Part shown: piece by piece, positions 1-8,710 of the stretch
How the letters are laid out: the number at the start of each line of letters is the position of its first letter
Position numbering within the stretch: the first letter of the stretch is position 1
Assembly (NCBI GenBank): GCA_014730115.1
Contig: WJIU01000027.1
Coordinates: forward strand, 1 to 56,346
DNA length: 56,346 bases
Origin: Candidatus Micrarchaeota archaeon
GTDB lineage: Archaea > Micrarchaeota > Micrarchaeia > Anstonellales > Bilamarchaeaceae
Direction of reading: 5' to 3'
Made by a program: the position numbers and the translations under genes
The notes under the pieces: generated by a model
Databases searched by the model: none
The model's input: the letters and a program-made list of their open reading frames with translations, nothing else
Told to the model about the DNA's origin: nothing

Positions 1-1
1 C

Positions 2-364
2 AACCTGGGCGCAAGGACGTTCCTCTGGACCGGCGGCAGCCGCAACCGGAGGGAAGGGGGCGGCGCCCTGGCAATCATAGGCCTGGTGTTCCTTATCCTG
101 GCCCCCATTTTTGCAATGCTGGTCCGCCTGGCAGTGTCCCGACAGAGGGAGTACCTTGCCGATGCCACCGCGGCAAAGCTGACCAGGTATCCGGAGGGGC
201 TGGCCAGCGCCCTGGAGAAAATCGGGAAGTCGGACATTCCGACCAGGAATGCAAACGACACCACTGCCAGCCTGTACATCTCCAATCCTTTTCCGGGCAG
301 GATGAACCTGTTTGCCACCCACCCGCCTATTAAGGAAAGGGTGGAAAAGCTCAGGTCGATGTAA
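2..364 (+). CDS. htpX: HtpX-like M48 zinc metalloprotease, C-terminal part (5' end lies outside the window)
   Basis: The frame is open from the window edge. The tail ...SRQREYLADATAAKLTRYPEGLASALEKI...FATHPPIKERVEKL matches the conserved C-terminal region of HtpX/M48 peptidases. The HExxH motif would lie upstream of the window. Confidence 0.75.
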   Translation, partial: NLGARTFLWTGGSRNRREGGGALAIIGLVFLILAPIFAMLVRLAVSRQREYLADATAAKLTRYPEGLASALEKIGKSDIPTRNANDTTASLYISNPFPGRMNLFATHPPIKERVEKLRSM

Positions 365-426
365 GACAGCCTACCCATAAACCTTTTATATATCGTATCC
401 TTTATACCCCCGCAGAGGTATAATAT

Positions 427-2610
427 ATGTCCCCCCTATCAAACATGAGAATATTTGGATGCACGTTTCTTTTCCTGTTCCTTTTGGCAGGCGTGTCTAT
501 GGCAGTAAATGTTTCTTCCTGTGAAAATATCACCAGCCCCGGAGTATATCAGCTCACAGCTGACCTGTCCGGCGCCCCCAATAATGTTTCCGGAATCAGC
601 GGCATCTCCTGGGCGTGCATAAAAATTGCATCGTCCGACGTTGTCCTTGAATGTGGCGCCCACAGCATAACAAACGACGGAACTGCAGATGCGGTGGGCA
701 TACTGGTCAACGGCTCCGGCTCTGTCAATTACCCCAATGTTACAATAAGGGACTGCCCCTCCATTTCATTGTATGAGGATGGTGTCTACGTATACTACAC
801 CAATGAAACCACTGTCCACAATGTGACTTCCCACAACAATACTGCGTGGGGCTTCCACGTGTATTACACGGATTACTCCAATTTCACTGGAAACGTGGCC
901 TACAATAACAGCGGCGGATTTTATCCCAGTGGAGACTATCTCAGGGTCCACAACAATACCGCCAGAAACAATACCGGCAACGGCTTTGATGTTTATACTG
1001 ACGGCCTGGCACACTGCAACGTAACCGAAAACCGCGCCCTTGACAACGGCGGAAGTGGGTTCTGGGGATTCGGAGATGGTGGGCCTCTGCTATTAGAAAA
1101 TAATATTGCCAGGGGCAACGGGGGCGGCGGTATTGTGTATGAGCGCCCCTCATCTCTTTTTGTTTACAATAATACTGTAGAGTACAATGGCTACGGTATC
1201 GAGATGTATATGAATCCGGCAGGGTCCTCTGAATGCAAGAACAACACTGCAAGGTACAACTCCAACGACGGCTTCTTATTTGCGGAGGGAGGCGCGGATT
1301 ATGATGTGCGCAACAACCTCGCACACGACAACAACGGCTCAGGTTTCTACCTTGGGGACGCAGCTGTCAATTATTTCATCAACAACACTGCCTACAACAA
1401 CCAGCTGCACGGGTTTGAGCACACCGGGGACGGGTCTGGCGTTTCCCCTTGGGGGAACAACACCGCCTACGGCAACGGCCTGGGCGGGCTTTACCTTTCC
1501 AACTGGTACACCACCGAACTGATAGAGGGCGACCACTACTACAACAATGGATATGACATTCTTCTGAACGCCTCTGACTCCGGCTTTACCTGCAACCTCA
1601 GCAGGGTAGTCGTGGACAACCCCTCAGGAGGGTACCAGAAGTACACAACCCTGTCCATAAACGATTCACTGTCGCTGAATGAGCTTTACTTCATCAACTG
1701 GACAGCAAACGAGACCGCCTATCCGGCAACTTCCTTCAACGACAAGCTGGTAAACATTTCAGTCTTGGGGGGCACCCCTTCCATAGACAGCATTGTTTGG
1801 CATTGGACCGACGCCGAAGTGCTAATCACTGACGACGAATCTTCCGCTACTCTCTGGAAGTACAACAACACCGGCTGGAGCCTTCTTGGCGGCAGCCTGG
1901 ACACTGCTGCCAACACCCTCAGCCTGTCCAGCCTTAATCCGGCCAGCCATTATGGTGTTTTCATGAATTCAACCAATGCCACCTACATCAACCTGTACGG
2001 GGCAAACGTGACCAACATCAGCAGGCATGCAAGATACCAGGGAGGCTCGGCAGGAAATGCCGACACTGAAGGTGGAAATGTTTCCGGAGTCAATATCAGC
2101 AGCTCAACCCTGACGGAGAAATGGGCTGCATTCTACGGGAACGTAACCGGCAACATTGTGCTTACCGACGTTGTGGGTACCAATATCCTGTATTCATGGC
2201 TCTGGGAGCCTGCAGACGGCGGGGTAGTGTGCCTGTCCACAAACTCCTCTCTTGCCACTGAATATGTTGCAGGCGCATCAGGCTCGGATATCGACAACGC
2301 ATGGGGATTCACGGCTACTGCCTCGGACTCGGGGGCGAACACATTCAACGGGACAGACTGCGACCTGCCTGTGGGCTCGGCCACGGTAAATGACAGCGCC
2401 TATGCGGACACCGGGGCAGCCGGCGGGTTCAGGACCTGTGCGGTTAAGGCCACAAGCTCTCCGGCAAAGGACCAGATGATTTTCTGCAGTGAGATAGCCC
2501 CCTCGGGAACATCCTGGAACGGCCTGACCGTGAACTTCGAGCTCATGGTGCCCACACCGGAAGCAGTGGGCTCCACCGAGACCTATTATTTCTATGCCAA
2601 CCTCAACTGA
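427..2610 (+). CDS. Secreted right-handed parallel beta-helix (PbH1/NosD-like) repeat surface glycoprotein
   Basis: It has an N-terminal signal-like segment (MRIFGCTFLFLFLLAGVSMA). About 22-aa repeats of the form NNTAxxNxxxGF recur through residues ~120-370. By manual count there are roughly three dozen N-x-S/T sequons. Confidence 0.7.
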   Translation: MSPLSNMRIFGCTFLFLFLLAGVSMAVNVSSCENITSPGVYQLTADLSGAPNNVSGISGISWACIKIASSDVVLECGAHSITNDGTADAVGILVNGSGSVNYPNVTIRDCPSISLYEDGVYVYYTNETTVHNVTSHNNTAWGFHVYYTDYSNFTGNVAYNNSGGFYPSGDYLRVHNNTARNNTGNGFDVYTDGLAHCNVTENRALDNGGSGFWGFGDGGPLLLENNIARGNGGGGIVYERPSSLFVYNNTVEYNGYGIEMYMNPAGSSECKNNTARYNSNDGFLFAEGGADYDVRNNLAHDNNGSGFYLGDAAVNYFINNTAYNNQLHGFEHTGDGSGVSPWGNNTAYGNGLGGLYLSNWYTTELIEGDHYYNNGYDILLNASDSGFTCNLSRVVVDNPSGGYQKYTTLSINDSLSLNELYFINWTANETAYPATSFNDKLVNISVLGGTPSIDSIVWHWTDAEVLITDDESSATLWKYNNTGWSLLGGSLDTAANTLSLSSLNPASHYGVFMNSTNATYINLYGANVTNISRHARYQGGSAGNADTEGGNVSGVNISSSTLTEKWAAFYGNVTGNIVLTDVVGTNILYSWLWEPADGGVVCLSTNSSLATEYVAGASGSDIDNAWGFTATASDSGANTFNGTDCDLPVGSATVNDSAYADTGAAGGFRTCAVKATSSPAKDQMIFCSEIAPSGTSWNGLTVNFELMVPTPEAVGSTETYYFYANLN

Positions 2611-2613
2611 GGT

Positions 2614-2630
2614 CTTTTTTCCCTTTTTTC
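2614..2630 (+). terminator. Oligo-T tract (two T6 runs) directly after the beta-helix gene stop
   Basis: The sequence cttttttcccttttttc starts 4 nt after the TGA at 2608-2610. Archaeal RNA polymerase terminates at oligo-T tracts. Confidence 0.4.
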
Positions 2631-2643
2631 CATAGGTAAAACA

Positions 2644-2651
2644 TTTAAATA
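2644..2651 (+). promoter_or_regulatory. TATA-box-like element upstream of psmA
   Basis: TTTAAATA lies about 52 nt upstream of ATG 2703. AAGGTGA lies 5 nt before that ATG. Confidence 0.4.
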
Positions 2652-2702
2652 GAGTCTGACTTATCAATCTAAAATATCCTTATCTATGAAAAGGTGAATT
2701 GT

Positions 2703-3428
2703 ATGTATGGAGTATCCCCCCAAGCTTATGACCGGGCCATTACTGTATTCAGTCCGGACGGAAGACTGTTCCAGGTAGAATATGCAAAAGAGGCAGTGAA
2801 AAGAGGAGCCACCGCGGCAGGAATTGCCACCAAAGACGGCCTGGCCCTGGTTGCATTCAAGTCAATCCACTCCAGCCTTGTTGTCCCCGGCTCGCTGAAG
2901 AAAATCTTTGAAGTTGACAACCACATCTGCGTGACCGCCAGCGGCCTTATTGCGGATGCAAGGAGGCTGGTATACATAGCCAGGGTGGACGCCCAGAGGC
3001 ACCGGCTCACCTACAGCGAGCCCCCCACCGTGGACAACATTGCACGGAGCGTGTGCGACCTTATGCAGGTCTACACCCAGTACGGCGGAATACGGCCGTT
3101 CGGGGTTTCCCTTCTCATCGGAGGTGTGGATGAGGAAGGCGCCAAGCTGTTTGAGGCAGAGCCCAGCGGGGCAATGACCGCATACAAGGCCGATTCCATT
3201 GGCGCCAACAAAAAGGAAGTTGATGAATTCCTGGAGGAAAAATACGATGAAAAGCTTTCCCTTGATGAGTCAATAAGGGTGTGCGTGGACGCGCTGAGGG
3301 CCACCCAGGAGGAAAAGCTCATCCCCGAGAACATGGAGATATCCTATGTTCCTGCAAAAACCAGGAAAGTTGCCATGCTGCCGGACAAGCAGGTGGGGAA
3401 ATACCTTACCAAGCCATCCTCCAAGTAG
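2703..3428 (+). CDS. psmA: Proteasome subunit alpha
   Basis: The N-terminus carries YDRAITVFSPDGRLFQVEYA, the signature of 20S alpha subunits. The track start at 2694 is a GTG inside the SD AAGGTGA, so ATG 2703 is preferred. Confidence 0.95.
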   Translation: MYGVSPQAYDRAITVFSPDGRLFQVEYAKEAVKRGATAAGIATKDGLALVAFKSIHSSLVVPGSLKKIFEVDNHICVTASGLIADARRLVYIARVDAQRHRLTYSEPPTVDNIARSVCDLMQVYTQYGGIRPFGVSLLIGGVDEEGAKLFEAEPSGAMTAYKADSIGANKKEVDEFLEEKYDEKLSLDESIRVCVDALRATQEEKLIPENMEISYVPAKTRKVAMLPDKQVGKYLTKPSSK

Positions 3429-3430
3429 GC

Positions 3431-4120
3431 TCAGCTTTTTACTACGGTTCCGCTGTGCTTTTTTCCTTCTATTGCATTTTCCATGTCCTTCCTGTTTTTT
3501 CCTGATACAAAATGGGACTCTATTTTTGAGCGTGCAATCAGCTTGCACGCCAGCATGTCAAACACGAAATGGGTGCCGGCAGTCCTCTTGTCGCTTTCTG
3601 CGGCAAGCTTATTGAGCTCGTCGTAGGTGAGCTTTTTGAATCTCTTTGCCCCGGGATTGTGCCTGGGGTCGCTGTCATAAATGGCCTCCACGTTGCTTAT
3701 GTTTACCAGCCTTTCCGCCCCTATTGCCTCGGCCAGCAGAACAGCATCGGTGTCAGTTGTTATTCCGGGGATTGTCCCCCCCATTACAGCTGCCTTGTTT
3801 TCCTTTGCCGGCTCTTTTGCATCCTCAAAGTCAGCAACCACCCTGTTTAGCGTCTTCACCCCCGCAGCAGTTAATGCGGCAATCATCAGCTGGGCATTCT
3901 GACGGGTGGATGTTATGGCTATTGCATCTGCTTCGTATTCACTGGCACCCAGTGCCCTTGCCGCCCGGGCATGGACCCTGGCCAGGCTTCCCCCTCCGGT
4001 AAGAATCCCGAACTTGTTTTTGCTTTTCTTTATAATCTGAGCCATTGATTTAAGGAAATCCAAATCAGGCTCTCCCTTGGGGTTTATTGCGCTTCCCCCT
4101 ATTGAGAGTACCACGTGCAT
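3431..4120 (-). CDS. pyrH: Archaeal-type UMP kinase
   Basis: 229 aa. The motifs VVLSIGGS...ILTGGGSLAR...VMGGTIPGITTDTDAVLLAEAIGAERLVNISNV are typical of the amino-acid-kinase fold of archaeal PyrH. Confidence 0.85.
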   Translation of the reverse strand: MHVVLSIGGSAINPKGEPDLDFLKSMAQIIKKSKNKFGILTGGGSLARVHARAARALGASEYEADAIAITSTRQNAQLMIAALTAAGVKTLNRVVADFEDAKEPAKENKAAVMGGTIPGITTDTDAVLLAEAIGAERLVNISNVEAIYDSDPRHNPGAKRFKKLTYDELNKLAAESDKRTAGTHFVFDMLACKLIARSKIESHFVSGKNRKDMENAIEGKKHSGTVVKS

Positions 4121-4162
4121 GGGCTATTTCTCGAAGATTAGTTTTATAAGCAGTCTGGAGGC

Positions 4163-4282
4163 TCAGTCCATCTTGTAGGTAGGCCAGTTCCCGGTGCAGC
4201 TGAGTATGGTCTCTATTCCATTCCCGTCCACCATCACCTGGCAGCAGTTTTCCGAATTGCACACAGTTTTCTGAAAGGTCAT
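4163..4282 (-). CDS. Possible 39-aa Cys-containing small protein upstream of pyrH
   Basis: ATG at 4282-4280 is preceded by GAGGTGA plus a 6-nt spacer. It translates to MTFQKTVCNSENCCQVMVDGNGIETILSCTGNWPTYKMD and ends 42 nt before the pyrH start. It is below the ORF-track length cutoff and I recognise no family. Confidence 0.35.
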   Translation of the reverse strand: MTFQKTVCNSENCCQVMVDGNGIETILSCTGNWPTYKMD

Positions 4283-4364
4283 GTTTTTTCACCTCGCAAA
4301 GACAAACCAGTTATTTTATAATAAATCTTGTTTTGATAGTAAAAATGAATTTTGAGGTGTTTCA

Positions 4365-5012
4365 ATGGACAAAAAGATAATCCTTGCCCCGGTAAATCAG
4401 GATTCCACCGAGAAGGAGCTGTTTGCCCCGGTGAGGGAGTTCCCCACTGAACGGGTGGTCCTGCTCTCCTCAGTCGAGGGAACGGTAAAGGCGGAGGCCC
4501 TTGTGAAACGGCTGGAAGGCCTGGGGATTCCGGCCTCGGTAACCAGGGTTTCGGGAAAAAGCCGGTGGGAGGCCTATTTCACTGCAGTGGCTGATGCGCT
4601 GGACGGGCTGGAAAAAGACAGAATCATCATCAACATCTCCGGTGCGGACAGGATTTCCCAGTGCGCGCTTACCAATGCCGCCCATGTCAACGGCATCCCT
4701 GCGGTTGCTTTTATAGACGGGAAACTGATGATGCTGCCCGTCCTCAGGCTTTCGGTGAGCTCTGTCCTTACAGCCAGAAAAATGAAAATCCTGGAAGAGC
4801 TCAACCGGGAAGAATGCTACTGCCCCATGGAGAAGCTTGCAAAGAAAACCGGCATGTCCCTGCAGCTGCTTTCCTACCATATCAACGGCACCCTGAAATC
4901 AGAGGGCCTGGCCCGGCTGGAGCTTGTGGAGACAAGCATGGAAAAGGGGCGGGCAAAGGTCTGCCTCAGCACAATGGGGCGCCTTCTGATGAGGGGCTAC
5001 CTGAAACCCTGA
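4365..5012 (+). CDS. Putative transcriptional regulator: Rossmann/CARF-like N-domain plus C-terminal winged helix (Csa3-like architecture)
   Basis: GAGGTG lies before the ATG. The N-half has an alternating beta-alpha pattern (KIILAPV...RVVLLSS...IIINISGADRISQCALTNAA). The C-half (KILEELNREECYCPMEKLAKKTGMSLQLLSYHINGTLKSEGLARLE) looks like an ArsR/wHTH domain. Confidence 0.5.
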   Translation: MDKKIILAPVNQDSTEKELFAPVREFPTERVVLLSSVEGTVKAEALVKRLEGLGIPASVTRVSGKSRWEAYFTAVADALDGLEKDRIIINISGADRISQCALTNAAHVNGIPAVAFIDGKLMMLPVLRLSVSSVLTARKMKILEELNREECYCPMEKLAKKTGMSLQLLSYHINGTLKSEGLARLELVETSMEKGRAKVCLSTMGRLLMRGYLKP

Positions 5013-5051
5013 CCTTTAAACTTGTTTTGCAGGAATCATTATGGTGAAACC

Positions 5052-5603
5052 ATGGCGCTTCATATCGGCATAAACGAAATCCATAAGGAGCTTTCATCCA
5101 GGGAAAAGCACCTTGACAAGGTGCTGACCGAGAAGAGAAAGACGGTGCGCTTCTGCTCCAATGCAATAAAGGCAATGCACGCATACGACCTGAAGGCAGC
5201 AAAAAAGCATCTCAGGGATGCGGAGAAGCACCTTGCAAAGATAGAGGAATACGCCGGCAGGTTTGAGTCACAGCTCAATCATGTTTACCAGGAGTACGCG
5301 GAGGCGAAAATCGTGCTTTCCGCAATTGAGAGCAAGAAGATACCAGGATACAAGGAGGTTGGAGTTTCCGCAGTGCCCTACCTGCTGGGCCTTCTGGATG
5401 CAGTGGGTGAGCTGAAAAGGGAGATGTATGAATCCCTGAGGCGGGGCAACAGGAACGAGGGCGGCTTCTATTTCAGGATGATGGAAGAAATCTATGACGA
5501 GCTCCTTCCCCTGAGGTTCTCCAATGCGGTGCTTCCGGAATTCAGAAGAAAGCAGGACGTTGCAAGGCGCCAGATTGAGCAGGCAAGGGGAGAGCTTCTT
5601 TGA
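5052..5603 (+). CDS. Translin-family protein
   Basis: GGTGA lies 4 nt before ATG 5052. The protein is helical, and YLLGLLDAVGELKREMYESLRRGN resembles the conserved translin/TRAX core motif. Confidence 0.65.
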   Translation: MALHIGINEIHKELSSREKHLDKVLTEKRKTVRFCSNAIKAMHAYDLKAAKKHLRDAEKHLAKIEEYAGRFESQLNHVYQEYAEAKIVLSAIESKKIPGYKEVGVSAVPYLLGLLDAVGELKREMYESLRRGNRNEGGFYFRMMEEIYDELLPLRFSNAVLPEFRRKQDVARRQIEQARGELL

Positions 5604-5964
5604 CAGTAAAGGAACTTGACGAGCTTCTGAAGAACATGAGGCCTTCCCTGGACAGGGGCAGACACTACATGATATCTGTTGATGAAAAGTCATCCACGCA
5701 GTTTGCGGGCTATCTCAGCCGTATCATTTGTTTGTACCGCGAGGATGAGGGGCTGACAGTTGTTTTTCCGGAAGAATAACGCTGAACGTCTGTTCGGACC
5801 TGATGGCAGTCGGGTTTTTGGCAAAAATAACACAAGCACTGGCAGAAAAGAAAATAAGCGTCAATGCATTCTCCGCATATCACCATGACCATCTGTTTGT
5901 CCCTTATGGAAGAAAAGAGGATACGATGGAAACCCTCAGACGGATTTCAGAATCAGCGAACTGA
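5600..5964 (+). pseudogene. ACT-domain protein (ACT_7/DUF2241-like) interrupted by a -1 frame change near 5771-5779
   Basis: Frame 1 (TTG 5600) reads MTVKELDELLKNMRPSLDRGRHYMISV...EDEGLTVVFPEE and then TAA at 5777. A second frame, open from 5749, reads (R)ITLNVCSDLMAVGFLAKITQALAEKKISVNAFSAYHHDHLFVPYGRKEDTMETLRRI. Together these form one ~120-aa ACT protein. Confidence 0.55.
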
Positions 5965-7240
5965 GCTCTTTTTTCCGGGCTTCCAGCCTTTCATTTGTTT
6001 TGTATTCCATGGTCAGCCGCACTATGGGCTCTGTGCCTGAGGCGCGTATGAGGAACCAGCCGTCTTCCTCATCAATCCTGATGCCGTCATCATCCCTTAC
6101 CCTGCCTTTTTTGCCCATGGCCTCCTTTATCTTCTCTACAGCTGCATGCTTGTTTTCTGCAGGGAATTTTTCCCTTGCCATGAAATGCTGGGGATAATTC
6201 TTTCTGAGTTCGGAAAACCTTCCCTTCAGGCAGAAAATCTCCGCAAACTTTGCAGCCGCAAGCACGGCGTCAGGGACATGCACTCCTTCTCTGTAAACAT
6301 ATTCCCCGCAGGGCTCCCCTCCGAAGACTGCACCTGTTTTTTCAAGCGCATCGCCCACATAAGTGCTTCCGACCGGGGTAATCTCTATCTCTCCTCCTGC
6401 CTTTTCCACAGCCTCCCGGACGGTGAGGGAGGCTTCCACAGTGGATATGATTCTTTTGTTGCTGTCCGAAGAAAGCTCATGCCCAACCATCATGGCCAGC
6501 TGCATGTCCAGGGGAAGCATCTCACCTTTGTCGTCAATAACAGCACACCGGTCCCCGTCCCCGTCATGGGCTATTGCAAAATCTGCCCCTGTTTTTCCTG
6601 CCATCCTGCAAAGGTAGTCCAGATTCTCTGCGCTGGGCTCGGAAGGCCGGTTGAATCCGTCGTAAGAGGCATTTAAGCTTACAACCCTGCACCCCAGGTC
6701 TGTAAGCAGCTGGGGGGTTATTGCGCACGCCGCCCCGTTGCAGTCAACCAGCACCTTCGGCCTTTTTCCTGAAATCAGTGAGGCATCAACCAGGGAGCTT
6801 ACCATCTGCCTGTGGGCACCGGCTGCATCGCAGTCAAAATAGCAGCCGCCTTTATTCTCAGTGGTTTTGTACCTGCCGTAATTGGCGGTTATTTCCTTTT
6901 CCAGCCCCTTTCCAATCTCCCTGGCATTTTCAATCAGCTTAAGGCCGTTATACTCAGGAGGGTTGTGGGATGCGGTTATCATGATGCCCCGGCATTTGTG
7001 CCTTCTGGTTGCAAGGGCAAGGGTGGGCGTAGGCACTATCCCGCAGTCCAGAACTTCAGCACCCGCATCCCCTGCACCCAAAGCCACTGACTTTTTAAGG
7101 CTGATTCCGCTCTCTCTCAGGTCCCTTGCTACGGCCAGGGCATTTTCAGAAAAAATATTGGCAACATTCCTTGCCAGCTCCTCGGTGATGTCCCTGCCGT
7201 ACACTCCCCTGATGCCAGAAGTACCAAACATAGCTTTCAT
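5936..7240 (-). CDS. Phosphohexomutase (phosphoglucosamine mutase / phosphomannomutase family)
   Basis: It carries MFGTSGIRG, the active-site loop TASHNPPEYNG, the Mg site DGDGDR, GEPCGEY and RASGTEP. Confidence 0.9.
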   Translation of the reverse strand: MKAMFGTSGIRGVYGRDITEELARNVANIFSENALAVARDLRESGISLKKSVALGAGDAGAEVLDCGIVPTPTLALATRRHKCRGIMITASHNPPEYNGLKLIENAREIGKGLEKEITANYGRYKTTENKGGCYFDCDAAGAHRQMVSSLVDASLISGKRPKVLVDCNGAACAITPQLLTDLGCRVVSLNASYDGFNRPSEPSAENLDYLCRMAGKTGADFAIAHDGDGDRCAVIDDKGEMLPLDMQLAMMVGHELSSDSNKRIISTVEASLTVREAVEKAGGEIEITPVGSTYVGDALEKTGAVFGGEPCGEYVYREGVHVPDAVLAAAKFAEIFCLKGRFSELRKNYPQHFMAREKFPAENKHAAVEKIKEAMGKKGRVRDDDGIRIDEEDGWFLIRASGTEPIVRLTMEYKTNERLEARKKELSSLILKSV

Positions 7241-7303
7241 TTAAATGTCTTCGAAAGCTATTTATAAGGTATAGCCGAATTTAGAAACAGGATAGGTGGT
7301 AAT

Positions 7304-8674
7304 TTGTCAGCCATAGATGACGTAATGAAATATATAGCTACCAATGAGATTAGGTGGATAGACCTGCAGTTTTTTGACATCAAAGGCAAGATGCATCGCA
7401 TTAGTGTTTCTAACAGAAAGCTGGGGGAAGCCAGCTTTGGCAGCGGCATCCGCGCAGCCGACCTTCATGAGGTGTTCGGGGAAAGCGAGCAGGGCGAACT
7501 GGTCCTTCTTCCCGACCCCAGCACCCTGGCAAGGCTTCCGTGGGAACCTGCCACGGTGAGGCTTCTCTGCGATGTGATTGTTGCAGTCAAAAAGGAAAGG
7601 TTCCTGAAGGATCCGCGCTATATGGCCGAAAGGGTGGAGACCAACCTGGCTGCGGCAGGCGTGAAAAGCTGCCTGGTGGGCAGCGAGGTGGACTGCTACA
7701 TATTTGACACCGTTACCGCAGACAAGACCACCCGGTCCAGGGGTGTCGGGCTTCTTATGGATTCCAGAGAGGCAATGTGGGGACCGTCCCCGATGTCCAA
7801 CGTGGACAACGGCGCCTATGTGAACAGCCCCTACGATTCCATGTATGCGGCAAGAACCCAGATATGCGAAACCCTGGAAGACAGCTTCGGGATGATGGTG
7901 GGCGCCCACCACCACGGGGCTTCACCCACTGCCCAGCAGACATTCCAGATGTCTCCCCGGACCCTGAAATCCGCAGGCGACGCAGTAAACACACTGAAAT
8001 TCGTTACCAAGACCCTGGCAACTGCGGTTAATGCATCCAGCACATTCATGCCCTACCCTGTTGAGGGTGAGAGGGGCAGCTCTCTGGGAATCTCAATGAG
8101 CTACTGGAAGACAAATGAGAACAACATATTCTACGATGGCAAGGAGGAATACGGGCAGCTCAGCCAGACCGGGCGCTACTACATCGGAGGCCTGCTGGAG
8201 CATGCACCGGCACTTTCTCTGTTCACTGCACCAACCCCCAACTCCTACCGGAGGCTGGCAATGGAGGGCTTTGCGGTGGGCTGGAGCGTGACTGAGAGGA
8301 ATGCACTGGTCCAGGTGCCGCACACCAAGAAAAACGTCAAGGAGGCAAAGAGGGTGCTTTACAGGGGTGCTGATCCTGCTGCAAACCCCTACCTGGCCTA
8401 TGCGCTTGTTGCCGCAGCCGGCCTGGACGGAATCAAGAACAAGATTGACCCCGGAGACCCGTCTGAAAAGGAAGGCAAGAAAAAGCGGGTTGAAAAGGAG
8501 CTTCCTGAAAACCTCTACCAGGCAATCCAGGCGCTGGAGAACGACACCAAGTTCATCAAGGGCCTGGTGCCATCCGAGATGCTCGGAGATTACCTGGACC
8601 TGAAGCTCAGGCAGCACCGCGAATCCCTGAAAGGGGTTACCGGCCTGGAGCTCCAGAAGTACTTCAACGTCTAA
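7304..8674 (+). CDS. Glutamine synthetase family protein (type I-like) with a divergent, probably inactive active site
   Basis: TTG start lies 5 nt after GGTGG. It has the N-terminal beta-grasp IRWIDLQFFDIKGKMH, NSYRRL, and DPAANPYLAYALVAAAGLDGIKNK. Most metal-ligand positions are substituted (see findings). Confidence 0.8.
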   Translation: MSAIDDVMKYIATNEIRWIDLQFFDIKGKMHRISVSNRKLGEASFGSGIRAADLHEVFGESEQGELVLLPDPSTLARLPWEPATVRLLCDVIVAVKKERFLKDPRYMAERVETNLAAAGVKSCLVGSEVDCYIFDTVTADKTTRSRGVGLLMDSREAMWGPSPMSNVDNGAYVNSPYDSMYAARTQICETLEDSFGMMVGAHHHGASPTAQQTFQMSPRTLKSAGDAVNTLKFVTKTLATAVNASSTFMPYPVEGERGSSLGISMSYWKTNENNIFYDGKEEYGQLSQTGRYYIGGLLEHAPALSLFTAPTPNSYRRLAMEGFAVGWSVTERNALVQVPHTKKNVKEAKRVLYRGADPAANPYLAYALVAAAGLDGIKNKIDPGDPSEKEGKKKRVEKELPENLYQAIQALENDTKFIKGLVPSEMLGDYLDLKLRQHRESLKGVTGLELQKYFNV

Positions 8675-8710
8675 ATCCTCTTTTTAATTTTCTCTTTCTT
8701 ATCTTTTCTG

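Noticed and set aside
4065-4292. 75-aa minus-strand ORF overlapping the pyrH start
   Set aside because: Its GTG start lies inside the GAGGTGA SD of the 39-aa ORF, it overlaps pyrH by 56 nt, and its composition is not protein-like.
5771-5794. BHB-type intron as the explanation for the ACT-gene frame change (UCCG...CGGA helix enclosing 24 nt)
   Set aside because: The enclosed length is a multiple of 3, so it cannot fix the frame. Removing it would also delete the conserved ITLNV strand. A simple 1-nt indel or slip fits better.
7307-8617. Minus-strand ORFs of 202 and 174 aa inside the GS-like gene
   Set aside because: They are antisense to a gene with clear GS fold motifs, and their composition is His/Pro/Gly/Arg-rich.
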